Part shown: piece by piece, positions 10,176-20,417 of the stretch
Layout: each line of letters begins with the position of its first letter
Numbering within the stretch: position 1 is the first letter of the stretch
IMG/VR virus record: IMGVR_UViG_3300020235_000181
Span: 1-59,854 of that record
Reading direction: 5' to 3' (one strand)
DNA length: 59,854 nt
Origin: a virus
Lineage: Duplodnaviria; Caudoviricetes
Notes under the pieces: model-generated
Told to the model about the DNA's origin: nothing
The model's input: only the letters and a program-made list of their open reading frames with translations
Databases searched by the model: none
Translations under genes and position numbers: made by a program

Positions 10176-11625
10176 AGTATTACCTGACATGGATAACATA
10201 GTAGATCCTGTCAAATACGCACAAGAGCTTGTAAAATGTGCCAAATCATGCTCATATTTTATAAAAATGTTTACAGGCTTTAAGGTGTTTGATTACAACA
10301 AGGTTTTCCTAGACTGTTATGATCGTTTCATTGTGTATCGTACAGGTAGACAGGTAGGCAAGTCAACCAATGCAGGGATAAAGGCAATTCATTTTGCCTA
10401 CTTTGCTCCGCTATTTGCAAGTAATATAGATACAGGTGTGGCGAACGTTGTTATAGCTTCACTGTCTAAGGATCAAGCACATTTAATTTTATCCAAGATT
10501 AGTGAGTTCTTACACATGAGTCCTACGCTTAGTGGAAAAATTAGGAATGAAATAAAGACACAGATTACATTAGAGTGGTATGACGGTACGGGTGTTACCA
10601 ACTTTATAGTAAGACCTATAGGAGATACAGGTGATTCACTTAGGGGATTTACTGTGCATTTCGCCATACTCGATGAGGCAGCTTATATACCAGAAGTAGT
10701 TTATAACGCTTTCTTGCCTAGTACGGTTACAACCAAGCCACATATTTTACTTACAAGTACGCCTAAAGGAAAAGCGGGACAGTTTTTCAAATCCTGTATG
10801 CAATCACACACTATATACGAACACGGCAAGCCTAAAAAATTACATGACGATAAGGATAAATATCCTTGGACACAGTTTCATGTAACTACATTTGACAACC
10901 CGATGGCAAAAGACGATCCACAGGTGCTTAAACTGATTGGTGGTACTACAAGGGCAAGTGAAAAACAGGAACTATATGGTGAGTTCTTGGATGGTGGTAA
11001 CTCACTAATACCTTATAACCTACTTCAAGTGTCCTTACTACCTGTAAAACTAAGAGAGTTTGAATACTATGAATGTGGTGTAGATACATCAGGCAAAGGT
11101 GCAGATGAAACAGTTGTAACTATTGCGGGAATAAGAAATGGTGTAGTATATCCAGTAGAATGTTACACGGAACTTACAACAGAACAGCCAGCACTTGCTA
11201 GAAAACTAAAACAATTTAACAGAATATACGGACTAAGAAGGATATATATTGATGAAACAGGAATGGGTGACACGTTGATGGACTTGTGCAGGGATGTAGA
11301 TCCATTGATGAATGTATATGGTATTAACTTCAAGTCAGATAAAACAGACATATATGTTAATTTAGAACGTTTATTTGAGGAACGACTGATAAATTTATCT
11401 CTTTTAGAGGACTTTCACAAGGATAAAATGGCTGAACAGCTGTCATATATGTACTGGGAACATGGTAAATTCAAAGATCAAGTACCTAAAGTTCGTAGTG
11501 AACACGCAGATGATTACTCAGATAGCCTCGCATTAGTAACATTTGGACAACAAAAAACTGATTTTATGCACGATGTATCGGATATTTTCACATCAGACTA
11601 TGTAGGTGACTATGTTGGCTGGTAA
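10165..11625 (+). CDS. terL: Terminase large subunit
   Basis: Walker A 'TGRQVGKS', Walker B 'AILDEAA', motif C 'LTSTP', and RNase H nuclease 'GVD...D.T' and 'DDYSDSL'. Confidence 0.93.
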   Translation: MSLRVLPDMDNIVDPVKYAQELVKCAKSCSYFIKMFTGFKVFDYNKVFLDCYDRFIVYRTGRQVGKSTNAGIKAIHFAYFAPLFASNIDTGVANVVIASLSKDQAHLILSKISEFLHMSPTLSGKIRNEIKTQITLEWYDGTGVTNFIVRPIGDTGDSLRGFTVHFAILDEAAYIPEVVYNAFLPSTVTTKPHILLTSTPKGKAGQFFKSCMQSHTIYEHGKPKKLHDDKDKYPWTQFHVTTFDNPMAKDDPQVLKLIGGTTRASEKQELYGEFLDGGNSLIPYNLLQVSLLPVKLREFEYYECGVDTSGKGADETVVTIAGIRNGVVYPVECYTELTTEQPALARKLKQFNRIYGLRRIYIDETGMGDTLMDLCRDVDPLMNVYGINFKSDKTDIYVNLERLFEERLINLSLLEDFHKDKMAEQLSYMYWEHGKFKDQVPKVRSEHADDYSDSLALVTFGQQKTDFMHDVSDIFTSDYVGDYVGW

Positions 11626-11664
11626 TACCAATATATTTAAATACCTACTATATATAATTTAACT

Positions 11665-12381
11665 ATGCCTGATAAACCTATTGAGAATAAGGACACCGAA
11701 GAGTGGATAACTATAGGTGGTAAAAAGATGAGAGTTGATGCCGGTGAGGATAAAGAGGAACTTACAAGACCAAAAATGCCAAGTCTTAGGGGAGAAAAGG
11801 AATCAAACACAAAAGAAGCACAAAAATCAATGTATAAAAAGAGATTTGATCTGATTAAATCACCATTTAAACCAAGAGATGAAGTTGTTTTTGCAGAATA
11901 TAAAAAATCAGGTATTGTAACAGGGCTTGATGGCTTGACAATTAAGATTTTGTCAGAAGGCAGAATGTACCCAGTTTTAAAAAATCACGTTTTTAAGAAA
12001 TCAGAACTTATAGGTGATGTCCATTGGGACACAATTACAAATGTAGATAGGGCACAACTTTTAAAGTCGTCAAATCTACCGACATTTTATTACAAACAAA
12101 ATTGGGGCAATCTTGCACCAGAAGTAAGAGAACAATTATTGAAGAATACAAGTCCAGCAGGGACAACTACAAGTACAACTGGTATTCATAATCCTATTTA
12201 CAATCCGATAAACGAAGAGACAACTGTAGACGAAAGAATTAAACAGGAAATGAAAAGACAGCATGGAGAAACTGGTGGAAAAGAAAAAGATGTTGAAAAG
12301 ACTGAAATGCCACCAGAGACAGAAAAAGAAAAACCAAAAGGTAAAAAGGATTCTGACGAAGTACAGCACAATCAGTATTAG
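11665..12381 (+). CDS. Hypothetical protein, possibly head-associated
   Basis: 'EWITIGG' motif, charged low-complexity ends, late-type TTTAAATA promoter. Confidence 0.35.
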   Translation: MPDKPIENKDTEEWITIGGKKMRVDAGEDKEELTRPKMPSLRGEKESNTKEAQKSMYKKRFDLIKSPFKPRDEVVFAEYKKSGIVTGLDGLTIKILSEGRMYPVLKNHVFKKSELIGDVHWDTITNVDRAQLLKSSNLPTFYYKQNWGNLAPEVREQLLKNTSPAGTTTSTTGIHNPIYNPINEETTVDERIKQEMKRQHGETGGKEKDVEKTEMPPETEKEKPKGKKDSDEVQHNQY

Positions 12382-12392
12382 GTTATTAAATT

Positions 12393-12569
12393 ATGAAAAG
12401 AAGAGAAAAGATCAGACGTTGCAAGTGTCCTTGTAATAGGGAACTGCCTTCAAGATATAAAGGAAGAGAAAAAATATTTTTTGATTCACCAGTTTGTAGA
12501 AAAATTTGGCACGGAATGAATGGTGAGGATCAGAAAAAAAGATTAGACGAAATGGAACTGGCTAATTAG
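12393..12569 (+). CDS. Small Cys-containing protein, 58 aa (not in ORF track)
   Basis: MKRREKIRRCKCPCNRELP...FDSPVCRKIWH. Confidence 0.5.
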   Translation: MKRREKIRRCKCPCNRELPSRYKGREKIFFDSPVCRKIWHGMNGEDQKKRLDEMELAN

Positions 12570-12765
12570 AATATGTTGGTTTAGGTTCACAATTAGCCGG
12601 ATGTTTTTCTTCGTATGATCGAAGTATTCTTTCAAATACAACTGCATCACTTTCGTTACCTTTTCTTTTTACATCAGGCTGTGCATATTTTCTAAGTCTT
12701 TTCTTTTGTGATTTTAATATACTGATAGGAGTTGAAACCCTGTTTACGTTTTCTGGTCTTGCCAT
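12562..12765 (-). CDS. Small DNA-binding protein (ribbon-helix-helix-like)
   Basis: 'STPISI...KKRLRKY...ESDAVVFERIL' strand-helix-helix pattern; divergent promoter. Confidence 0.45.
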   Translation of the reverse strand: MARPENVNRVSTPISILKSQKKRLRKYAQPDVKRKGNESDAVVFERILRSYEEKHPANCEPKPTYSN

Positions 12766-12825
12766 ACCATAACTATTATAAGTGTGATATATAAAGGTTT
12801 ATTGTAAAGGTTTATATTCTAGGAT

Positions 12826-13191
12826 ATGTATATTCTAACAATGACGAACTTTAATGATTTCGGAAACAAATCAGGAGATTCCATAAATCTGTCAAAGATC
12901 GGTGATAAGACATTCACCATACTCGCAGTAGAAGATTCACCATATAAAGCACAAGATGGTACTATCTCTCCGGGAGTAAAGATCACAACTGAAGAAACTT
13001 GGACAACCGACAAAGGCGAAGAAGTAAACAAGATTCATACGACTAGACGAGCAGTAGTTTCAAAGTTGACTGACGCAGAATTTGTGAAAGCTCTTGATGG
13101 GGGAGAACATTTCAAAGTGAAATGCCCTACAGAAAAAGTCAAAAACACCAGTGGTGGTAATGACTATTTCGACCTAGTAGCTGCTGTATAG
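12826..13191 (+). CDS. Hypothetical protein, possible OB-fold ssDNA-binding protein
   Basis: Beta-rich with terminal 'GNDYFDL', followed by an oligo-T terminator at 13202. Confidence 0.3.
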   Translation: MYILTMTNFNDFGNKSGDSINLSKIGDKTFTILAVEDSPYKAQDGTISPGVKITTEETWTTDKGEEVNKIHTTRRAVVSKLTDAEFVKALDGGEHFKVKCPTEKVKNTSGGNDYFDLVAAV

Positions 13192-13246
13192 GCACTACAT
13201 CTTTTTTTTTTAAACGTTTATATTTGGGAATATTTATTGTAATACA

Positions 13247-13669
13247 ATGACTATGAAACAAGAAATGGTAGACATATTGGCTGGTCTAAAAACACAATGG
13301 GGTATTCTCAAAGATGATAAAAAGACAAAAAAAGAAAGAACTGTTGCTTGCGGTAAAGTATGTAAATTATCTGAACAGGCTAAAGAAGTAGATCCAAAAT
13401 GGGAACTATTAGACATGAATAACACTAAATATGCTGAATTTTTACCCACAGAATACGTGGCAAAAAGTGACGTAATTTGGGGAGAAGTACCAATAATGAG
13501 TACAGCAGAAACAGAATCGTTGATTACATTAAAAAGACTTGAAGCAATAGCAGTAGTAGAAATTCAAAAGAAACTACCAAATGAAAGAACAGACTCACAG
13601 AAATTTGGAATGATTGTAAGTGCATATACTGAGAAACTTATAAACATTTACATTTTCCAAAATTCTTAA
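13247..13669 (+). CDS. Hypothetical protein
   Basis: 140 aa ORF with a TATA box about 29 nt upstream. Confidence 0.5.
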   Translation: MTMKQEMVDILAGLKTQWGILKDDKKTKKERTVACGKVCKLSEQAKEVDPKWELLDMNNTKYAEFLPTEYVAKSDVIWGEVPIMSTAETESLITLKRLEAIAVVEIQKKLPNERTDSQKFGMIVSAYTEKLINIYIFQNS

Positions 13670-13711
13670 TTTTTTTAAAACTTTATATTAAGGATAATCT
13701 GATATATTAAC

Positions 13712-14527
13712 ATGGATTCAAACTTCATTAACATTAATTTGGATAAGATTGATGATATTATACATTTAGAAGTTTTTAGTGATGAGCATTATGGAGATCC
13801 TAAAAGGGATATTGAATTATGTGAAAGAAGAGAAAAAGCACTATTAGATGATCCTAACAGATATACTGCATTTGGTGGAGATCAGTTTAACAATATTATG
13901 ACTTGGGATCAAAGATATACGATAGACGAGGGATTACCAATGCCTTCACTTACTACAGAGGTAGAAACATGGGAAGAACACCATGCAGAATTATTTGATT
14001 TAAACAGCAGTTTAATTTCACAAAATAAAGCACCTAAGATTTGGTACGGACTTGCAGGGAATCACGAATACCAAGATAAAAATATAGATCATGCTTGGAT
14101 GAACAAGTTGTTTACACCTAAACATATCAAATATTTGGGAAGTAAGGGTTGGATAGGACTTCAAATAAGCCATAATGACAAGCCATTGAGAAGATGGAAA
14201 CTGTTTGTAGCACACGGATTTGGTGGGGGAGCAGCTTTGGAAAAACCATTGGAAGATATGAAAGTAAACAATTATGCAGATGTGTTCCTTATGGGACATT
14301 TACATAGAAAATTCATTACCCAACAGATTGTATATGATTATTCATTTGTAGAGCACGATTATGTTGAAAAAGAAGTTGTACTTGGTAATACAGGCACATT
14401 TGCTAACAGTATTCTCAAAGGTAGAGATAGCTGGTGGGAACACAGAAACAAGGCTGTACAGTCAAGACCGGGAACTATTACAGTCAGCTTTGATGCCTAT
14501 GGTGGGAAGTTATCATGTCACTTATAG
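13712..14527 (+). CDS. Calcineurin-like metallophosphoesterase
   Basis: Motifs DxH (SDEHYG), GD, GNHE, HG and GHLH in the expected order. Confidence 0.85.
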   Translation: MDSNFININLDKIDDIIHLEVFSDEHYGDPKRDIELCERREKALLDDPNRYTAFGGDQFNNIMTWDQRYTIDEGLPMPSLTTEVETWEEHHAELFDLNSSLISQNKAPKIWYGLAGNHEYQDKNIDHAWMNKLFTPKHIKYLGSKGWIGLQISHNDKPLRRWKLFVAHGFGGGAALEKPLEDMKVNNYADVFLMGHLHRKFITQQIVYDYSFVEHDYVEKEVVLGNTGTFANSILKGRDSWWEHRNKAVQSRPGTITVSFDAYGGKLSCHL

Positions 14528-14814
14528 AAGATGATGATAACCTTAATGGATCTATTATAGGAAAGACAAATTCAGATGTATCAAACGAGCAAATATATAA
14601 ACCAAAAACTATAATGCGGGATAGAATAATTGAGTATATATTAACACATGAAAAAGTACAAAAAGACGAATTATTCATACATATAAGTGGAAGTGGTGTG
14701 TGCAGTACAATCATATTAGGTCTTGTCAGGGCTGGTGTAATATTAGAAACAAAGTTTGATTGCGGAAATTGTGTTTGGTACTCGATAGATCAAGAAAAGA
14801 TTAATATAGCCTAA
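14515..14814 (+). CDS. Winged-helix-like protein
   Basis: 'RIIEYILTHEKVQKDEL...LVRAGVI....WYSI' pattern. Confidence 0.4.
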   Translation: MSLIEDDDNLNGSIIGKTNSDVSNEQIYKPKTIMRDRIIEYILTHEKVQKDELFIHISGSGVCSTIILGLVRAGVILETKFDCGNCVWYSIDQEKINIA

Positions 14815-15003
14815 TGGTTTAAAATAGGCATGAAGTTTCCTCAATCTGGTAATAAAATATGGTATAATAGAGCCTTTTTATACTGGCACAGATATGCTCA
14901 TGATCCAGATTTTTCTAGTGAATTGTTCTTTATTATGAATGAATTAGGATTTATACTACCTCGTGAGGGCAATCCTTAAATAGTTTTATTAATATAATTA
15001 TTC

Positions 15004-15621
15004 ATGTATATATCTGATAGGTTGGATCTTGAAGAAAAACTAGCTTCTTGGAAGGATAATCAGCCTAATTATTTATTTAGAGGAGTTGAATATAACCCTA
15101 GTGATAATGTTATTGCACAAGTATTAAGAGAAGAGGGTGGAAAAACCATTGAGGACTATTTCTTTGGAGCAAATATCATAACAACTGATGGAACATTTTT
15201 CTATTTAGAATTAATGGCTGGTGATTCACCAGCAAATCCTTTTACAGCTGGATCTATGGCAATAAATAATCCGGCATCAGCAGATTCACTAGCAGTTGGA
15301 GATAATTGGGCAGATGTCAGTTCACCTATTGCTAACAGTTTTGTAGCTGGTCAAAATATAACAGCAACTTATCCAAATCTAAATAATGGAGATGCTGGAA
15401 ATCCCGGTGGTGGAGCAAGTATTCTAACTTGGAAACAAAGTTGGACAGGTGCTCAATTTATAAGTGGTGGTACTACCATTAAAGGTGGAGCAATAGTTAA
15501 AGACAATACCCCAACTGGTACAGATCCAATATTAAATCACTGGAACTTTTCAGTAGCTTTTGGTAAGTTAAACACAGAGCCATTAGACGTTTGGGTAAAT
15601 CATTCACTGGTGGGTGTATAG
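15004..15621 (+). CDS. Structural protein heading fibre module 1
   Basis: Gly/Ala/Thr-rich beta protein with CTTAAATA late-type promoter. Confidence 0.5.
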   Translation: MYISDRLDLEEKLASWKDNQPNYLFRGVEYNPSDNVIAQVLREEGGKTIEDYFFGANIITTDGTFFYLELMAGDSPANPFTAGSMAINNPASADSLAVGDNWADVSSPIANSFVAGQNITATYPNLNNGDAGNPGGGASILTWKQSWTGAQFISGGTTIKGGAIVKDNTPTGTDPILNHWNFSVAFGKLNTEPLDVWVNHSLVGV

Positions 15622-15696
15622 CCTTGGATATTATAGACGTAGGTGAAACCGTATATTTTTCTAAGGGAAAGCCAAAGAAAAAAGGTACGGATTCAA

Positions 15697-16125
15697 ATGC
15701 CTGATTTTAATTTATTTAATAATAAATTATCAGATTTGGAATTTCTAAGACAAAAAGAATTAGATGGTGATTTAATTAAAATAACTGGTACTAATAGTGG
15801 AACAGGTGATACAGTCTCATACGTGCCAGTAACAGGAAAAACATTCTTTCTGATTTCAGCTTCACTTACAGTCGAGAGTGTTGATCCCTTTGCTACTCAA
15901 CATAGTGTTAGGGTTGAGTTACAAAATGATGGAACAACTAGAGATGGTTGGTTTCATTACCATGACAATTCTCCAAGTGAATTGTCTAGCCTCAAAAATG
16001 ATTTTAATATGATTGGTGACTCCTTGGTAGGAGATTCTGCAAAGGCTTATAGTATAGATATAATCTCAAATAGTTTCTCTGAAACTATACGTGGAACAAT
16101 AGTAGGATGGATTGAGGACACATGA
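15697..16125 (+). CDS. Fibre-module protein (starts MPDF)
   Basis: 'YVPVTGKTFFL' jelly-roll-like segment. ATG 15697 is preferred over GTG 15643 because it gives the MPDF start shared with neighbours. Confidence 0.5.
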   Translation: MPDFNLFNNKLSDLEFLRQKELDGDLIKITGTNSGTGDTVSYVPVTGKTFFLISASLTVESVDPFATQHSVRVELQNDGTTRDGWFHYHDNSPSELSSLKNDFNMIGDSLVGDSAKAYSIDIISNSFSETIRGTIVGWIEDT

Positions 16126-16283
16126 AAGTTACAGTTATTGATTGCCCTAATTGTAAAGAACAGGGGAGAGGAGATTATCTTGGTGTTATTAGTGACGGCA
16201 CTGGATATTATCATCTCCACAAATGCCTCAAATGCAAGCAACACGTTAGATATGACATTAAGAACGGAGTGAACTATGCCTGA
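16122..16283 (+). CDS. Zn-ribbon microprotein, 53 aa (not in ORF track)
   Basis: CPNC...CLKC; overlaps both neighbouring genes. Confidence 0.6.
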   Translation: MKVTVIDCPNCKEQGRGDYLGVISDGTGYYHLHKCLKCKQHVRYDIKNGVNYA

Positions 16284-17076
16284 TTTTACTAATTTTAATT
16301 TTAGATTAGGACTAACTAAAACTGAGACATTATTTCCAACACAGGACAGGGTAATTGGCACAGTTAACAGGGAGTTTACGATGGATTCAAATTATTCTGT
16401 ATATGTTTTACACGTTGCTACTTCAATACTCGGTGGAAGAAGTGTTGTTTCGGGTTCGGATTTTGGTAGCCCTGATAACGCCATAGATAGTAGTTACACA
16501 CTACACGCAGCTAAAAATATACCCGCAGCTGATGTTTCAGAAAAAGAGCTTATTGTTGATTTTGGTAGTGATGCAACAAGAACAATCAGTATAAACACTG
16601 GTGGTAGGTCATTAGGTAGTAATGCGTCATGTGTTTGGAAATATTATTTAAGTGATGATGATATAAGTTATAGTGGTTCTACTACATTTCTTAATAAAAC
16701 CTATGTTCCAACTGAGGAAAGAACAAACGATGATGATTTAGGCTCACTATCAAGTTTTAGATATTTAAAAATAACAGTCGCCTGTCCAAGTATTGTAGAT
16801 GTTAATATTGATTTATTTGAGATATGGGAGCCATCAGTATCAGGTGGAGTGTCTGCACTCACGTTTGAAATTCTAAACGATGAAACATCAGCATGGCAGA
16901 CTGTAGCAACAGCCACACAAATAACAGATCCAAGTACAGGTGTAATTACAGAAACGCTAAATAAATTCGATTTACCAAACTCTATAGCTGGAAAACTTCG
17001 ATGTAAACTTGTCACAACAAATGGTTCTTCAAACGAAAGCGTGTTTATTATAAAACAAGGAAATACGGGGTTATAA
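16276..17076 (+). CDS. Discoidin/F5-8-like carbohydrate-binding fibre protein (starts MPDF)
   Basis: 'NAID', 'LIVDFG', 'SDD.ISY', 'FRYLKI' and 'LFEI' discoidin pattern. Confidence 0.55.
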   Translation: MPDFTNFNFRLGLTKTETLFPTQDRVIGTVNREFTMDSNYSVYVLHVATSILGGRSVVSGSDFGSPDNAIDSSYTLHAAKNIPAADVSEKELIVDFGSDATRTISINTGGRSLGSNASCVWKYYLSDDDISYSGSTTFLNKTYVPTEERTNDDDLGSLSSFRYLKITVACPSIVDVNIDLFEIWEPSVSGGVSALTFEILNDETSAWQTVATATQITDPSTGVITETLNKFDLPNSIAGKLRCKLVTTNGSSNESVFIIKQGNTGL

Positions 17077-17077
17077 T

Positions 17078-17461
17078 ATGCCTGATTTTTCGACCTTCCA
17101 AGGAAAGCCAAAAGAGATCGACATATTCAAAGGCATATATTCTCATCCAAATGCGACCACAGAATCAAATGCCCTTGAAATTACTGCCAACAAAAACAAT
17201 GTAGAGATTTCCTTTGATATGATTAATATCACACAGGACACAACAATTCGAGTCTATGAGAAGGTTGATGATATAAACTATCGTTCAGTGTCACAAAAAT
17301 TATGGACTACTGATTTTCCCACAAATGCCGAGGATGCTGTTGTTAATCTAAATGGAAAGGACATAGATCAGAAGGTGACATTTCAAAGTGCAGTCTTAGA
17401 GGGTTCTATTAAGAGTGTGCCACACGCAAGAGTTGAGGAAATAAGGAGTGATGACCAATGA
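17078..17461 (+). CDS. Fibre-module protein (starts MPDF)
   Basis: 127 aa beta-rich ORF in the operon. Confidence 0.45.
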   Translation: MPDFSTFQGKPKEIDIFKGIYSHPNATTESNALEITANKNNVEISFDMINITQDTTIRVYEKVDDINYRSVSQKLWTTDFPTNAEDAVVNLNGKDIDQKVTFQSAVLEGSIKSVPHARVEEIRSDDQ

Positions 17462-17808
17462 CTGAAATTCAAAATGCAGAGTCAAACCCTACAACATTAA
17501 CCGAATTTAAGAGAACACAGCATGACATAACCACAACTACTGTTGACTTAGATTTGTTAGATAATGAGTATCAGACAATTTCCATAACTACAAATACAAC
17601 ATTTACGACCTCAAACAGGGCAAGTGGGAGAACCAAAACAATCAGAATAATCAACGATTCCACAGTACATACATTAACGTTTCCCGGTTGGGGGTTTGTA
17701 GGGACAAAGCCTATTGACATAGATATAAGTAAAAGAGCAATCCTAACTATCACAGCATTTGGTACTGACGACAGTGATATTATTTCAGCGTATGCGGTAC
17801 AGGCATAA
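17458..17808 (+). CDS. Tail-fibre-type beta-sandwich protein
   Basis: Thr-rich 'TIRIIND...TLTFPGW' pattern typical of fibre C-terminal domains. Confidence 0.5.
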   Translation: MTEIQNAESNPTTLTEFKRTQHDITTTTVDLDLLDNEYQTISITTNTTFTTSNRASGRTKTIRIINDSTVHTLTFPGWGFVGTKPIDIDISKRAILTITAFGTDDSDIISAYAVQA

Positions 17809-17810
17809 AA

Positions 17811-18638
17811 TTGCTTAGTTTAACTGATCTGGCATTTCTTGGGAGAGTGGGTAAGGACACCACATGGACAGTTGAAAATGTAATATTTGATGATGAGGTG
17901 AGTGTCGCACCCGAAGAAGATGTACCAGCTGGCATATTTTTCAAACCTGATGGCACTAAATTTTACATTTGTGAAACAGGGGCATCAAAGAGAGTGCATC
18001 AATATGGCATGACAACAGCATGGGATGTGTCAACTGCAACGTATGATAGCAAATTCAAAGCAATAACTGATCCCTTGGCTACAGGTGTGTTTCTCAAATC
18101 AGATGGAACTAAAATGTTCATATTGGGTAATAATAATGATCTTATTTACTATTTCACCTTATCAGTAGCTTGGGATGTGTCAACTGCATCACAGAATGGA
18201 ACTTTTTCTGTAGCCACACAAACAACTAGCCCAGCTGGAATATATGTTAGAGATGATGGACTCAAGTGTTACATAGCTTCCACATCCAACAAAACCGTAT
18301 ATCAATACCTATTAACAAGCTCTTGGAATGGAGGCACACTTGCTTATGACAATAAATCATTTAATACTGGTGCTTCACCATCATTTACAAGTTTTCTGTC
18401 TGGAGTTTTTTTCAAAGATGATGGATTAAGGATGTTTGTTATTGATGTTGGTGATAAAATTTATCAATTCACCTTATCAGTAGCTTGGGATGTCTCAACT
18501 GCTGTCTATGATGGAGTGTTTGCTAATATTAAATCTCAAGGAAGTCAACATGGAGATATTTTTATCAAACCAGATGGGACAAGATTATACTCACCAGATG
18601 CAGGTTCGATTGAGGTGGTTCAGGAGTTTCATATTTAG
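17811..18638 (+). CDS. Beta-propeller receptor-binding-like protein
   Basis: Repeated 'G(I/V)F(F/L)K.DGTK' and 'L(S/T).AWDVSTA' blades. Confidence 0.75.
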   Translation: MLSLTDLAFLGRVGKDTTWTVENVIFDDEVSVAPEEDVPAGIFFKPDGTKFYICETGASKRVHQYGMTTAWDVSTATYDSKFKAITDPLATGVFLKSDGTKMFILGNNNDLIYYFTLSVAWDVSTASQNGTFSVATQTTSPAGIYVRDDGLKCYIASTSNKTVYQYLLTSSWNGGTLAYDNKSFNTGASPSFTSFLSGVFFKDDGLRMFVIDVGDKIYQFTLSVAWDVSTAVYDGVFANIKSQGSQHGDIFIKPDGTRLYSPDAGSIEVVQEFHI

Positions 18639-18680
18639 ATATGATTGAAATCTTTATATTAGTGGAGATTATGGTATAAT

Positions 18681-19004
18681 ATGGCATTAACAGAAGGAGC
18701 AAAAGGGGAACAATTAATGACTGGTTCAGCTGCAAACCTATTTTCATCTGTAGCTGTATTAACTCATTTTGCAGCTTATATATATACAGATCAATTACAA
18801 GCTGGTGATACTATTCATATTGTAATATATGTGCATGATCCACAGGATAGCACAGAAAGAATATATGATGAATTTGATGTTACAGGTGTTCAAACAAAAA
18901 CAGCTGTTTTTATTCCATTTCTTCCAACAGATTCATATAGAATAACAGCACAGCAAACTGCTGGAACAAACAGGACAATTAGCTGGGTTAGATACGAGGC
19001 TTAG
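18681..19004 (+). CDS. Putative structural protein
   Basis: 107 aa beta-rich ORF with its own TATA box. Confidence 0.45.
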   Translation: MALTEGAKGEQLMTGSAANLFSSVAVLTHFAAYIYTDQLQAGDTIHIVIYVHDPQDSTERIYDEFDVTGVQTKTAVFIPFLPTDSYRITAQQTAGTNRTISWVRYEA

Positions 19005-19006
19005 AA

Positions 19007-19672
19007 ATGACTCATGTCCATCGACATGATATATCATTTTTAGGTGGTGCTGATACATTTATTGCTGAGGCATTAGAAATATCAGAAACAAATGCAGTTT
19101 TAAAAGCACATGAAGAACCTGTAACAGAGGCACTACAAATGTCAGAAGTAATATCTCATTCTATAATAAGAGGTCACTCGGTAGATGAGGCATTAGAAAT
19201 ATCAGAAGATATAAGAGCTGTGCTATTAATTGCACGATCAGTGGATGAATCATTGGAAATATCAGAAGATTTTGCAAGAGTAAAACTATTGATGAAATCA
19301 GTAGATGAATCATTACAAATATCAGAAAATGCAGAATTTATGAGAGTTTTGAATAAATCAATAGATGAATCATTGGAAATATCAGAAAATACTGAGGGTG
19401 AAATACTTTTAATAAACCAGTCAGTTGATGAAGCATTACAAATATCAGAAGATACTAACAGTAAAATACTTTTAATAGGACATTCTATTGACGAGTCATT
19501 ACAAATATCAGAAAATACATCATTTCAAAGAACACAATTAAATAAATCAGTAGATGAGTCATTAGAGGTTTCTGAGGAAGTTAATGGTAGATTATTGACT
19601 GGATTAGTACAAAGAGCCAATATAACACTTAAAGACAAAAACACAGATATTACTATGAGTGATAACGAATAA
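19007..19672 (+). CDS. Repeat (fibre shaft-like) protein
   Basis: About 9 repeats of 20-21 aa with core S(V/I)DE(S/A)L(E/Q)ISE. Confidence 0.65.
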   Translation: MTHVHRHDISFLGGADTFIAEALEISETNAVLKAHEEPVTEALQMSEVISHSIIRGHSVDEALEISEDIRAVLLIARSVDESLEISEDFARVKLLMKSVDESLQISENAEFMRVLNKSIDESLEISENTEGEILLINQSVDEALQISEDTNSKILLIGHSIDESLQISENTSFQRTQLNKSVDESLEVSEEVNGRLLTGLVQRANITLKDKNTDITMSDNE

Positions 19673-19723
19673 CCATGACCAATATATTTATAACTGATGA
19701 ATAATATAAATGAGTGATCTAAA

Positions 19724-20077
19724 ATGAGTGTAAGAAGGCAAGATTTCGGGACAGAGTTGGAAATATACGTAGATAGTAATAAGACATTTCAATTTACAAT
19801 AATAAATCCAAGTACAGGATTAGCACAGAATTTAACAGATACAGATGTATATAACACAGGCTCAGTAAAAATATATAAACCAGATGGAACTATACTCATA
19901 ACCACATCAGTAACATATACTGATAGAATAAATGGTATTGTAGAATTTACAATAGTAGATACAGAGTCAATTATAGCAAATGCTGGAAACTGGATAGGTG
20001 ACTTGGAACTAATAAACGATACAAGCGATATAATAGATCAACAAAAATTCAATTTTAATATCCTAGTCAGTTACTAG
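19724..20077 (+). CDS. BppU-N-like adaptor domain protein
   Basis: 'FQFTI...NLT...VKIYKPDGT...D..NGIVEFT...AG.W.GDLEL' pattern. Confidence 0.55.
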   Translation: MSVRRQDFGTELEIYVDSNKTFQFTIINPSTGLAQNLTDTDVYNTGSVKIYKPDGTILITTSVTYTDRINGIVEFTIVDTESIIANAGNWIGDLELINDTSDIIDQQKFNFNILVSY

Positions 20078-20114
20078 GGAAACTTTTATATTATACAGTA
20101 GTTATTAATTATCA

Positions 20115-20417
20115 ATGAGTGAAGAGATTTCTAAACGAGTGCATGAGCATATACAAATGACAAAGGCTACTTTCCACAGCGAAAGTTATGCCTCTTTGGT
20201 TAAGGGTGGTAAGCCTAGATTCAGCGTAGAGCCTATGGTCTATGTTACGGGAGTAGGTTGGAACACTGTAGATCCAATGGCAAGAGGTAATGAGTTTATG
20301 ATAGCATTTTATAACTACGTTAGGATAAAAGAATTAATGGGTTATGAACATACTGGTGAATCAAGTGCAACTATCAAGATTATATTAGAAAACTTGTGGG
20401 GTGAGAAGATTGACTGA
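20115..20417 (+). CDS. Hypothetical protein
   Basis: 100 aa ORF with a TATA box about 30 nt upstream. Confidence 0.5.
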   Translation: MSEEISKRVHEHIQMTKATFHSESYASLVKGGKPRFSVEPMVYVTGVGWNTVDPMARGNEFMIAFYNYVRIKELMGYEHTGESSATIKIILENLWGEKID

